From the NCBI GenBank assembly GCA_963823665.1, contig CAWGMQ010000005.1, positions 64,001-128,000 of the forward strand: a stretch of DNA of 64,000 nt. Direction: 5' to 3'. Shown here in pieces: positions 54,626 through 64,000 of the stretch (position 1 is its first letter; every line of letters starts with the position of its first letter). Both the position numbers and the translations under genes were made by a program. Source of the stretch: an uncultured Planctomycetota bacterium (GTDB taxonomy: Bacteria > Planctomycetota > Planctomycetia > Isosphaerales > Isosphaeraceae). The notes under the pieces are model-generated. The model was given only the letters and a program-made list of their open reading frames with translations. It made no database searches and was not told the origin of the DNA.

Positions 54626-55672
54626 TCAGACGACTTTTGAATTGACGCGCACTTGTCTGTTACGACCAAACACCAGACGATCGAAGAGAAATGCAACCGG
54701 CCGGAAGAGAATGGCGAACGGCCGGAACATCCATCGGACCGGCAGGCCGAGGAGAATCAACAGCGCGGTCCCGGCAACAATTCCGGCGACGCCCATACCG
54801 ACCCAACGGATGACGGCAAAGTTGAGTCCAAAGGCGGACAGGGTTTCTCCGATCGAGCTTTCGAGCCCGCGTGCTGCGCCCAGTCCGGCGGCCGAGGCAA
54901 GCTGAATACCGGCCTTCGCAAACTCGCGCACGGCGAACTCGGTGGCCCGGCCGGCGTAGTCAACGAACTTCTCGGGGTTGGCCAGGAAAACCGCCAGCAC
55001 CCCCGCGGCGGCCAGTTTCTTCTTATTGGGCAAGACCGTGTTCGTGAAGAAGGACCAGCCGCCTCGCCCGGCCTTGCGCAAGACGCTCAGACTCTCGGGC
55101 CCTTCCTTGACGAGGACTTCGGCGACATCATCACCGAAAACGCGAACCGCGCTCGATCCCTCGGGCCCGAGCCGGCGAACCATCGCTTCTGCATTGGCAG
55201 GATAGCGCCTTGCCAGAAGCTGTGCAGTCTCGCCTAGCTCAACGACGAGCCGCTTTTCGGCGGGAGCGAGTGCTTCAAACGTTCGCAGCACCTGCGGATC
55301 TTGCTTCAACAATCGAGAGAATCGGGCCTTGAGGAGTGCTTCGGACGGCTGCTCGAACTGCCGTCCAGCCTTGGCTAGCTCATCGGATTGACGCACAAGC
55401 TGCTCGAGCCCGTCGTCGGCTCCACGTGCCAGAAACAGCCGGCCCGCGCGAAGCTCGGTCCGCGCGCCATTGCCACTGCGCACCAGGCGCTTGCCGCCGG
55501 CCTTGGCTTCGACGATCACGTTTTGCACGACGTCATCGAGCCAGGAGAGTTTTCCGGCTTGAGCGAGCGCTGGCGAGATGAGCATGAGCAGCGCAGGCGC
55601 GAGCACGGCGGCCAAACGCACGAGCAGAGTGCTCTTCGCCCAACCGCCACGGCGTTTTGAATTTACATTCAT
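54626..55672 (-). CDS. Hypothetical membrane protein in the GTPase operon
   Basis: Signal peptide; RLGPEG..FGDD..KEGPES helical repeats; C-terminal TM helices; 30 nt upstream of the GTPase ORF. Confidence 0.65.
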   Translation of the reverse strand: MNVNSKRRGGWAKSTLLVRLAAVLAPALLMLISPALAQAGKLSWLDDVVQNVIVEAKAGGKRLVRSGNGARTELRAGRLFLARGADDGLEQLVRQSDELAKAGRQFEQPSEALLKARFSRLLKQDPQVLRTFEALAPAEKRLVVELGETAQLLARRYPANAEAMVRRLGPEGSSAVRVFGDDVAEVLVKEGPESLSVLRKAGRGGWSFFTNTVLPNKKKLAAAGVLAVFLANPEKFVDYAGRATEFAVREFAKAGIQLASAAGLGAARGLESSIGETLSAFGLNFAVIRWVGMGVAGIVAGTALLILLGLPVRWMFRPFAILFRPVAFLFDRLVFGRNRQVRVNSKVV

Positions 55673-56075
55673 CGGCACGAACCCTCGGATTGTCGGCTGA
55701 CTTTGCGGGATGCCGTGGTTTTCCGTATTGCAGGATATTCGACCAGGACAGCGGATTGTTTGGTCAAAAGTGATCGAATTGCTGAAGACCGGCTGGATTG
55801 CTCCGGCCGTTCCGTTTCGATCAAGTTTTCGGGCCATCCGTCGGGCCTTGCTGCCGGTTGTCCATTGGCTTTTGCGAGACAGGATCTCCCGCTGCTATTC
55901 TACCATGCGGGGAAGGGGCGCCGGTTCGATCAGGAGCTGTGCGGCATCGGAAAGTCGACCTGCCGCAAGGAGACGGTAGAGCGAAGTTCCTCATGCTCGG
56001 TTGGTGATGGTCGCCGGAGATCGAGCGAATCGTCGAGAGCCTTCCGTCACAGATCGAGCTGTCCCGCGAAGACTC

Positions 56076-57837
56076 TCATCGATCTCGGCCCAGTGATCGC
56101 CACGGCAAGACTGGTGTCGGTGAAGTCTGTATCGTTGTCGTGCTCGCATGGCTTCGCAATAAGTGATCGGCAATGGCTTGATGCCCGCGATTGTTGAGAT
56201 GCAACATGCCGGGTGCGATCTCTCCGCGGAGGTAGCCGACCGCGGTCAGGATTGGACCCTGGATTTGCTCGGATTCCTTCGCTCTCACGAACCAGGTGTC
56301 TTCGGCCGCGTAGCCGTGAGCGCCGAATGACTCGAAGACTCCGTCGGTGAAGTTCCACCCATGGCGCCGGGCCGTCTCGCTCTGTGCCTTGTGCAGTGGA
56401 CGCAAGAGGCGCTCGCGGACCATCTCCAGCTCGCGACGATTGACACGAAGCGCGGGGACCAGATCGTCGAGAATGGCCGCAGCGGTGGCACCGCTTGATT
56501 CACGAGTCAAGTCGGGGTAGCCAAGCAGGTGAACCTGGGCGCCGGCCAGAATCTGATCGCTGGCGACCGCGCTTGCGACGCGCTCGAGTTGCTCTCGGGC
56601 CGACGCCAGACCAGACTCGATGGCCTGCGAGAGGCCGTAGATCAATTTGACGTCCTGGTCGATTGCCTCGCGCCGGGCGTTCGGGCTCTCGTTCGTGAGC
56701 GTGCAAGCCGCGGTGGGGTCGATCAGCGAATCGAGGTCAGTCGGACGAGCCGCCGAACCGGCTTGACGAGTCGGGTAGGCGGCAAGCAGGCGCAGCGGGT
56801 CGACGCACCGGATCTCGCGTCGCAAGAGCTCGCCGACCAATTCCATCCCGCGCATCGTTGCAGCCGATGGAGAGGATCAGAATGTCGACCGGCCGAGTGG
56901 CGGCGATAGCATGAAGCTCGTCGAGCTGTGCTGGCAGCGGCGGCCCGGGACCCAGTGCCTTGTTGTCATTCGAACGATCGCTACGGAAGAGATCGTCGGC
57001 TCGTGCACCGGTGGCGGCCAGGCAAACGAATGTGACCGAGGTATGCGGATCCAACGCTTCCAGGCGCATGGCAAATTGTGCTGGGCCGGAACGGGTCGAG
57101 CGATGGGACCGCCCGTGCAACAAATTGGCCGGCGGCAGCGGGCCAGTGGGCGTCTTGCGCGACTGGTTTCCCTCGGGCCCTCCATCAGCCCACACTGGCG
57201 GCGTGGACGGGTCAACGCGACCACGAAGTATTGATCCGCGTTCGGAAGACTTGATCGCATCCCAGCGGGCAGGCAATTCGGGATTGCCTTCGCCGGTGGC
57301 GAGCGAGTCGCCCAGCGCGACGATGAGGATATCCTTGACGCGGATTATCGCTTGCGCTGCCGCAGTGCGCCCATCGCCGAGGCGAACAGTCACCTTCACG
57401 ACATGGTCGCCTTGCGGGAGATGGGTGATCGCTTTCGGCCCGGTTGAGACGAACTCGCTCGATCCTGTGGGGCCGGCGATCGTCCAGTGGCAGGATATGT
57501 CTTCTGTAGATACTTGAGCCGTTTCGATGCTGGCTTCGAGCTGGACTTCGTAGCGCCCGGGATTGACGTACTCGTAGGAGTTCGGGAGGTCGGGCCGGCC
57601 GTTTCGGTTGAGGTCATATCCCGGTCCGAAACGATCGGCCATTTTCCAGGCGATCGTCGCGGGAGTGTGCGCATGGGCGGTGGATCGCTCGGCGGTCGCT
57701 GCGGCGCGGTCGGCTGCTCGTCCGGGACGATGATCAGCGCGCGCCAGCGGCGCGGCCGCGAGGGCAATGATGAGGAGGGGGTTCGTCCCGACCATTCGAT
57801 TGAGCCGACGGAGGCTCGCCTGCGCGTGCTTGTTCAT
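56076..57837 (-). CDS. Secreted SGNH/GDSL hydrolase with N-terminal PKD-like domain; frameshift near 56845
   Basis: IVALGDSLATGEG, HRS, LAATGA, ILSIGCND, GYPD, MLHLN..GHQAIA. Confidence 0.75.
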
Positions 57838-58179
57838 GGAAAGATCCCTCCAGGGCGACCTGCATCGTAGGGTGCACATGGCCCCAGGTACCAATCAATG
57901 CACTCGGGATGCCACTCTATGACTGGTACGCAAAATCGCTGCGGATCTTTCAAAGAAAACTAGTCTTCGAACGAGGTGCCTGTTCGCGTGACGCTCAGAA
58001 GCAACGTCACGCGGGCAGGATTCGTCGTTCACTGACGGGAGCAGAGCGGCAGGCTGAAATCGATTTCATGGAAGAAATTGAAGAGCTGACGGGCGCGAGC
58101 CCGCCTGAGCGTCACGGGATCGGCGCGAGCTGAAGCTTGTCGATGCTTGATCGGTCGCAGTCGAGACGGTGACTGGTCG

Positions 58180-60171
58180 CTATTGGCCCGCTGTCGAATC
58201 GGTGCGCCGACTCTTCAGATACTCTTCCATCTTGTGAAACCCAACCACGCCGACCCCGGCCTGCACAGCCTGGGCTGCGACGTATTTTACGCCGCGCGCT
58301 GGCGGAATTCGCAGCACGACCTCGACACCGCCCCTCAACAGCCGGACTGCGCGCCACTGACTCAGTCGCAACCCGGCCTTCGACGCCATCGGGCCCGCCG
58401 TCTCCGTCAACTGTGCGAGACTCAGCCGCGGCAGCGCTTCGGGCCAGCGCCTTAGCACCTGGTAAAAGCCACCGGCCGAGCGCACGGACCACCAACGCGC
58501 CAGCCTTTTTCCCGCGCCCGCCTCGCTTCGTGCCAGCGCCTTCCCGGCCGCCTCGCTGCCGGTTGCCACGAGGTCTCGGCCGAGAGTCTTCGCGCCCTCG
58601 CGCACGGCCGCTTTCACTTCGCTCCGCACCGCCTCGGCCGCGACCGCTCCCTCGGGCTGGAGCGCCGCCAGGCTTAACACGTCGGTGATCACAAAGCAAC
58701 CGTCGACGAGCGCCCAGGCCGCCTCGCCGGAGGTCGGGGCATACCCCCTTCGCAGGACGTTACCCAGGTGGATCACGTCGTACAGAGGAAGGAACTGGTA
58801 GTACTGAACGCTTGTCTGATCGAGCTCGGCCACGCGATTCAGCCCGTCGTTTTTGATCGTGCGGATCGTCGCCTGGCCGTTGTCGCCGGAAGCAAAAAGG
58901 GCGGCCAAAGCGAGTGATTCGGTGACCGTGCGCTTGTTTTTGCGCTGGAGAAAATCGATCGTTCCAGGACCCGAGTCGGTTCGGGCGATGGGAGGGATGA
59001 CCGCAGGACCATGGGCACGGAGGATCTCGCAAAAGTCGGGATCGGCCGAGTACTTCTCGAGCATGGCCAGCGCCATCGTTCCGTGCTCGGCCAGGGCCCG
59101 CACAGCCTGGCGCCGCAGGGAGGAATCGGCGTAGTCGCCGAAGACGACGTCGGCCGCATCCGGCCCCGCTTGTTTGAGCGCCCGCTCACCGGCATCTCCA
59201 TATTCGACGATCAGCCGAAGGGCATCCGGGCTGCCCGATGCCGGTTCAGTGAGCCCGGCTGCCGCGGCGTGGCGAATGTGCGCGGCGACGGTCTCCGGTC
59301 GGTGCGACTGGAGCAATTCGTCAATGTAAGGCGCATTGACCCGGACCAGAATCAATGCCTGATCCAGGGGGATGGCGTCTTCCAACGCGTCGAGGATCGG
59401 CCCGTAGAGCTTGACGAGAGCAAACCCCTCGGGCCCCTGCTTGCGGAAAGCGTCGAGTGCGAGCGGGCCGTGCTGTTCGAGTGTTTCCAGGCCCGACTTC
59501 AGGTCAGCCGGGCCTTGCTCGAGGCTCATGAAGCAGAGCACGGCCAGGGAGTCGCCCAGGGCGTGCTCATCGTTCTTCAGACGATCGATCAAGTCGCTCA
59601 TGCCGCCTGGATCAGCCAGGATGAGCGGGAGCACCGATGGAAATCGCGCCGCGGTTTTCTGCTGAGACGGCGTCAACCTGGCAATCTGCCCGATGAGTGC
59701 CTTCCGGTCGGTGTCATCCGCTCGCTTGAGGCCGAAGTACTCGCGCCAGTGGAGCAGCACGTCGGCCGCTGCGTCGCTGCCGAGCGAGTCGCGGAGCCGG
59801 CGGAATTCATCGGGATGTTTCTCGTAAAGAAAGATCGCCTCGATGTCCAGACGATCGAGGAGCACCAAGCCGCGCAGGCCGTCGGTCTGCTCGATCAACT
59901 GGGCGTTGCGGCCAAACCGGTGGGCGACCCTCGCAACGAGCTCGCGATCTGTTGCGCTGGCCGACGGATAATTGCGAAGCAGCGCCGTCTCAACCTCTGG
60001 TTCAACCGGAGCAGGGTTCTCACCGTCGCCTGCGGGCGGCCGTGCGGCGGCAGACGATCCATCCGGTCGCGCACCGGGCTTGAGCGCCAGCTTGAACAGC
60101 ACGGCAACTGCGGAAAGCAACACGGCTATGGCGAGCGTTCGCTTCATCAAGGGTCTCGAGAGCACGTTCAT
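58180..60171 (-). CDS. Hypothetical membrane-anchored alpha-helical repeat protein
   Basis: 663-aa ORF with N-terminal TM and recurring (H/Y/Q)GP..A motifs. Confidence 0.65.
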   Translation of the reverse strand: MNVLSRPLMKRTLAIAVLLSAVAVLFKLALKPGARPDGSSAAARPPAGDGENPAPVEPEVETALLRNYPSASATDRELVARVAHRFGRNAQLIEQTDGLRGLVLLDRLDIEAIFLYEKHPDEFRRLRDSLGSDAAADVLLHWREYFGLKRADDTDRKALIGQIARLTPSQQKTAARFPSVLPLILADPGGMSDLIDRLKNDEHALGDSLAVLCFMSLEQGPADLKSGLETLEQHGPLALDAFRKQGPEGFALVKLYGPILDALEDAIPLDQALILVRVNAPYIDELLQSHRPETVAAHIRHAAAAGLTEPASGSPDALRLIVEYGDAGERALKQAGPDAADVVFGDYADSSLRRQAVRALAEHGTMALAMLEKYSADPDFCEILRAHGPAVIPPIARTDSGPGTIDFLQRKNKRTVTESLALAALFASGDNGQATIRTIKNDGLNRVAELDQTSVQYYQFLPLYDVIHLGNVLRRGYAPTSGEAAWALVDGCFVITDVLSLAALQPEGAVAAEAVRSEVKAAVREGAKTLGRDLVATGSEAAGKALARSEAGAGKRLARWWSVRSAGGFYQVLRRWPEALPRLSLAQLTETAGPMASKAGLRLSQWRAVRLLRGGVEVVLRIPPARGVKYVAAQAVQAGVGVVGFHKMEEYLKSRRTDSTAGQ

Positions 60172-60520
60172 CCCGGCAACTCAGCACGCGACGGGCGCCG
60201 CCAGTGGAATTCTCCACCCCAGGGCTCGAATGTCAATTCGCACGGAACGAAGCCATTCGTTATCCGTGCCCCCATCCGCGCAAATCGTTCTCAGACGGTG
60301 TATTCGACCGGTAGGGGTGAATCTTCATTCCCAGTCCGGGGGACCGCCGCGTCGTTCTGGTAATCTGCGGAGAATATCAGGGATTTGACAGACATGCCGG
60401 GTTGCCGGCCGATGCCGACGTCGGGTAAACCGGTTTCATTTCCAATTTGAGGCCGTTACAATTGTCAGGGACAGCCACTTGATGCATGGACCGAGTTCCT
60501 CGGCTCCGCGGAGGGCCGTG

Positions 60521-61051
60521 ATGAATCAGCGTCGCACGACGATTGCCTCGTTGATGAAGTTGGTGGCGATCGTTGCGCTCAATCTGTGTATAGGACAGAT
60601 GATTTTCTGGTACGAGCCATGGCGGCTGGCGGGAATTGGTCCGATCGCGGTAGCGATCCAGGTGGGATTGTTCTTTCTGCTCCGTTCGCGTGGCCGTCCG
60701 CGGCCTTATGCATTCTGGGTCGGCTTCGAGATGGGCGGTTTGCTCGGGCTCAGTTCATTCTTGTATCTGCGGGTACCTGACTCGGTGGTGGGTGCCATCT
60801 GGGACGATTATGCCGAATTCATCGACGACCTGTTGAGCGTGCATCTCGGGCTCTCCGTGCTTAACCGCGGCCCGTTCGATCCCACGTTGCTGATTGCCGT
60901 CGCGGTGTTTGCTTCACTGCCACAGATGCTGATGGCGATCGCCGGAGGTTCGACGGGCTTGTTTCTGGGATGGTCCCGGCAAAGTCGCATGCTTGCGTTC
61001 AAGGTGGTCGCGATCGCGGCGGTGCTCTACGGCCTCTTCATGTTATTGTAA
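60521..61051 (+). CDS. Small multi-TM membrane protein
   Basis: RTTIASLMKLVAIVALNL..FWVGF..LPQMLMAIAGG; same pattern as 38513..38956. Confidence 0.65.
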   Translation: MNQRRTTIASLMKLVAIVALNLCIGQMIFWYEPWRLAGIGPIAVAIQVGLFFLLRSRGRPRPYAFWVGFEMGGLLGLSSFLYLRVPDSVVGAIWDDYAEFIDDLLSVHLGLSVLNRGPFDPTLLIAVAVFASLPQMLMAIAGGSTGLFLGWSRQSRMLAFKVVAIAAVLYGLFMLL

Positions 61052-61065
61052 GCGCGGTCACTCAC

Positions 61066-63051
61066 TCAGGGTGGTCTGCCTGGTTTGCGGCGATCGTGCA
61101 CTCGGATGTAATGATCGGTGAGGCTCGTGTGCAAGTCGGCGACCGGCACCCTCGGCATGTGACACTCCAGGCAGTTCCTCGCGGGGCTGACCGGGCAGGC
61201 GCCAGCGTGCTTTTCCCCGGCCGGGGCCTTCTTAGGCACCGCCTGCGAGACGTGGCACGTGAGGCATTTCGCCTCGTAGAACGCGGCGGGCGCCGGGTCG
61301 GCTTGATGCGGGTCGTGGCAAGTCAGGCAGCTCATCCCGCCGTCGCTCTCGGAAAAACACCGGCTGAAGGTCAAGGTGAGCCCCGGCGAGCGGACGTACG
61401 CCGGTTCCTCGGCGCGCGCTGGACATCCGCGATCTGGTCGACGATATGGCAGTCCGCACATTGCTCGACGATTGCTCGGGCGCCCGCGGTCCCGGCATTC
61501 ACGATCGCTCTGTCCTTGAAACCGGCGCTGATCGCTTTCAAGTGGTTTCCGCCTGGCCCGTGGCACCGCTCGCAGCCGATGCCTGAATCCGCGACCTCCG
61601 GGCCGACCCCGCTATCGGGAGGCGGGAGGCGAAAGTCGCGCGGATAGGTGACGTGACAGTAGAGGCAGCGGACCACTCCGTCGCGGACCGGAATCGTGTC
61701 GCCCCGGAAGTTGTCTGCGGGAGGATTCGAGTCGGGAGCGGCAAGCGAGGTGCGGCCCCAGGCCACGCCGCTCGGACTGTGATACGACGATAACCTCAAG
61801 ACTCGGTACGATCGTTCGTCGTCTCGCCCGATCATCGTCACGTAGCGGTCGCTCGCCCCGAAGGCGTACTCGACAACGAGCTGGTAGACCTTGTCGGCGG
61901 CGCGGGTCTCAACGTTGATCGCATCCTTGTCGCGGCGGAATGTGTGTGTCACCTTCGGGTCGTCGGGGTCACTCAGGGGCCGTTGCGGGATCGGGAGCGC
62001 GAGCAGGGCCCGGTCATGGTGGAACGTCCGGGCGTGCCGGCTATTTTCGTGACTGCGCGACACCTTGCGGTGACAGGAGACACAGCTCGCCGCGCCGACG
62101 AACGGACTCGGCTCGGGAATCAGCGGGTTCTCCGCGCGATAAGTGCCGGCCGATATCAGTGCGGCTGCGGCCTCCGCGAGCTTCCCCTCCTGGAGCCAGG
62201 CGCGACTCGAGAGCCAGTGGGCTTCGCCGTCGAGGCCGCCGGTCGCATCGCCAGCGCGGATCGCTTCGAGCGCCCGGCGAGCCTCCTCGGGCCGTCCGAG
62301 CTGTAGCAAACTCCGTGCGAGCAGCTTTCGAAAATGCGATGGCGGCTGCAACGCGCCCTGGGCACGCGGGTCCAGCTCCAGGCCGCGTGCGAGCGCATCG
62401 ACGGCTCTTTTCCGGTCCTCGAGCAGCACCCGGATCTCGCCCAGCAGCAAGAACCCGCGGGCTTCCCATGACGGCTGGAGTGCGAGTTGCTTGGCCGCCG
62501 CCGCCGCCTCGTCCATCCGCTGCAGATCGCGCCAGAAGCCGCGCCATGCTGTCAAGAAGCTCAGGATTGTCTGGCCGGTCATGGGCCGACTTTTCCCAGA
62601 AATGGAGGGCCGCGTCCAGTTGGCCGGCACGGGCGTTCATGAGGCCCAACAGGTACAAATCCTCGGCCTGCAACTGCGCCGAGTCGAGCCGGTTCTCATA
62701 GATCGCCATGGCGGCCTGGTCGCGCTGCGAGCGGGCCGCCGCGCGTGCGTAAATCCGGAGCGTTTCCGTATCCTGAGGGTTGGATTTCAACGAGCGACGG
62801 CTCAATTCCGCGGCTTTTTCCCACTCGCGGCGGTCGTAGGCGCGAGCGGCGTCGGCGAGCCCGCTCGTTTCTCCGCGCGTCCACTCCGCGAGCCGTCGCT
62901 CGAGCGGCTCGCGCCACGTCACCCATCCGAACGCGAGCGCGCAGGCGATGGCCAGGACCGCGAGCATCGAGCCGGCGAGAACGCGGTATCGTCTCATGGC
63001 GGGCTTCGGTGTGGTGGTGGGCTGCATGGAAAACGACTCGCTGTCACTCAT
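61066..63051 (-). CDS. TPR + multiheme c-type cytochrome (c554/c552-like); frameshifts near 62530 and 61420
   Basis: TM and TPRs, then seven CxxCH: CVSCH, CLYCH, CERCH, CADCH, CLTCH, CLTCH, CLECH; TDHYIRV. Confidence 0.85.
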
Positions 63052-64000
63052 TCGGGCCCGTCGGCCTGGCGATTCCACGCCTGCGCGGCCCGGGCCCAGC
63101 CGAGCGTCTCGCAAATCGCGGCGAGGCGCTGGGCCGCCGCCGCCGGGGTGATCTTGGGCTGTTCCTTGGAACGGACGCTCTCGAAGAAAGCGGCGTAGGC
63201 TCCCTGAAACCGACCGCGGGCCTCGCTGATCTCCGTGGACTTTTTGCGGCTGGCGATGGCTGTATCGCGGAGGCCGAGCCGGTCCTGTGCCGTGCCCAGC
63301 CGATAGTGGTATTTGTTGAGAAACGGATTGAGATCGATCGCCTTCTGGAAGTGCGAGGCAGCCATGCGCCAATCACCCGCTTTCTCGCTGGCGACGCCGC
63401 GATTGAACCAGGTTTCCGAGTCGTTGTCGGCCGACGGCGGAGGGACTCGCAGCATGGCGAGAAAGCGTTCGAGGTCTCCTTCTTCCAGGAATGCAGCGAG
63501 CGAGCTGCGCCAGGCTCGAAGATAGTCTGGCCGCAGCTTGAGACAATCCTCGAGACGACGCTCGCCCTCGGCCCGCTGGCCCATTGCGATCTCGGCCAGA
63601 GCCAGGGCGTGGAGCGCATCGCAATCACTCGAGTCGGCAGCAACGTAGCGCCTCAATTCGATGATCGACTCCTTGGGAGAGACGCGCTCGAGCTCGCGCG
63701 CATGCGCATGGTCAGCCAGTACAGTCGTTCCTGCGTGCCGGAGGCGCGGTCGTACGCACTCCAGATCACCGGATAAGCGTCTTCCCAGCGATCCTCGATC
63801 GCATAGAGTTTCAACAATGCGTTGTAGGCGTCGGTCAGCAGCTCCGGAGGCGCAGGGTGCAAGGGATCGTCCTTGATCAGCTCGAGCCACGCACGCTCGG
63901 CATCCCTGGCCCGGTCGAGATGGAGATAGGCCTGCCCTTCCCGGAGTAGTGCGTCGGGCTTGTGGGCGGACCAGTAGGGTACCTCGTGCAACTGCCGGGC
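63048..64000 (-). CDS. TPR repeat protein, 5'-truncated by window; frameshift near 63700
   Basis: EGQAYLHLDRARDAERAW, HFQKAIDLNP..HYRLG; its stop overlaps the cytochrome ATG. Confidence 0.75.
   Translation of the reverse strand, partial: PAVARGTLLVRPQARRTTPGRAGLSPSRPGQGCRACVARADQGRSLAPCASGAADRRLQRIVETLCDRGSLGRRLSGDLECVRPRLRHAGTTVLADHAHARELERVSPKESIIELRRYVAADSSDCDALHALALAEIAMGQRAEGERRLEDCLKLRPDYLRAWRSSLAAFLEEGDLERFLAMLRVPPPSADNDSETWFNRGVASEKAGDWRMAASHFQKAIDLNPFLNKYHYRLGTAQDRLGLRDTAIASRKKSTEISEARGRFQGAYAAFFESVRSKEQPKITPAAAAQRLAAICETLGWARAAQAWNRQADGPE

Overview
GC-rich bacterial DNA that is almost certainly planctomycetal (Isosphaeraceae-like), judged by DUF1501 and DUF1549/DUF1553 genes, 'RRPWRRFLRFSVRGL' LRR proteins and a TPR-multiheme cytochrome. 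About 20 genes are split by single-base frameshifts, which suggests long-read assembly errors more than mass pseudogenisation. Ordinary content: a CzcBA-type RND metal efflux pair, an amidase with a small partner, DUF2071, CAP, DinB, pyk, VanZ, an MsbA-like ABC transporter and methyltransferases. Most notable: (1) a split thioredoxin-fold gene (31029-32606, minus strand) whose halves are joined in frame by one TGA followed by a SECIS-like hairpin, i.e. a candidate unannotated selenoprotein, co-oriented with a double IPT/TIG gene; (2) four co-oriented ~140-bp repeats with 16-bp terminal inverted repeats and no target duplication, separating small cargo genes like a cassette array (36.5-40.9 kb); (3) a TRAFAC GTPase plus GAP1-N2-like locus; (4) a tRNA-Pro 3' remnant marking a probable integration scar; (5) three tandem paralogues with pseudopilin-like C-termini. 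All family calls come from motif recognition by eye; no database search was run.
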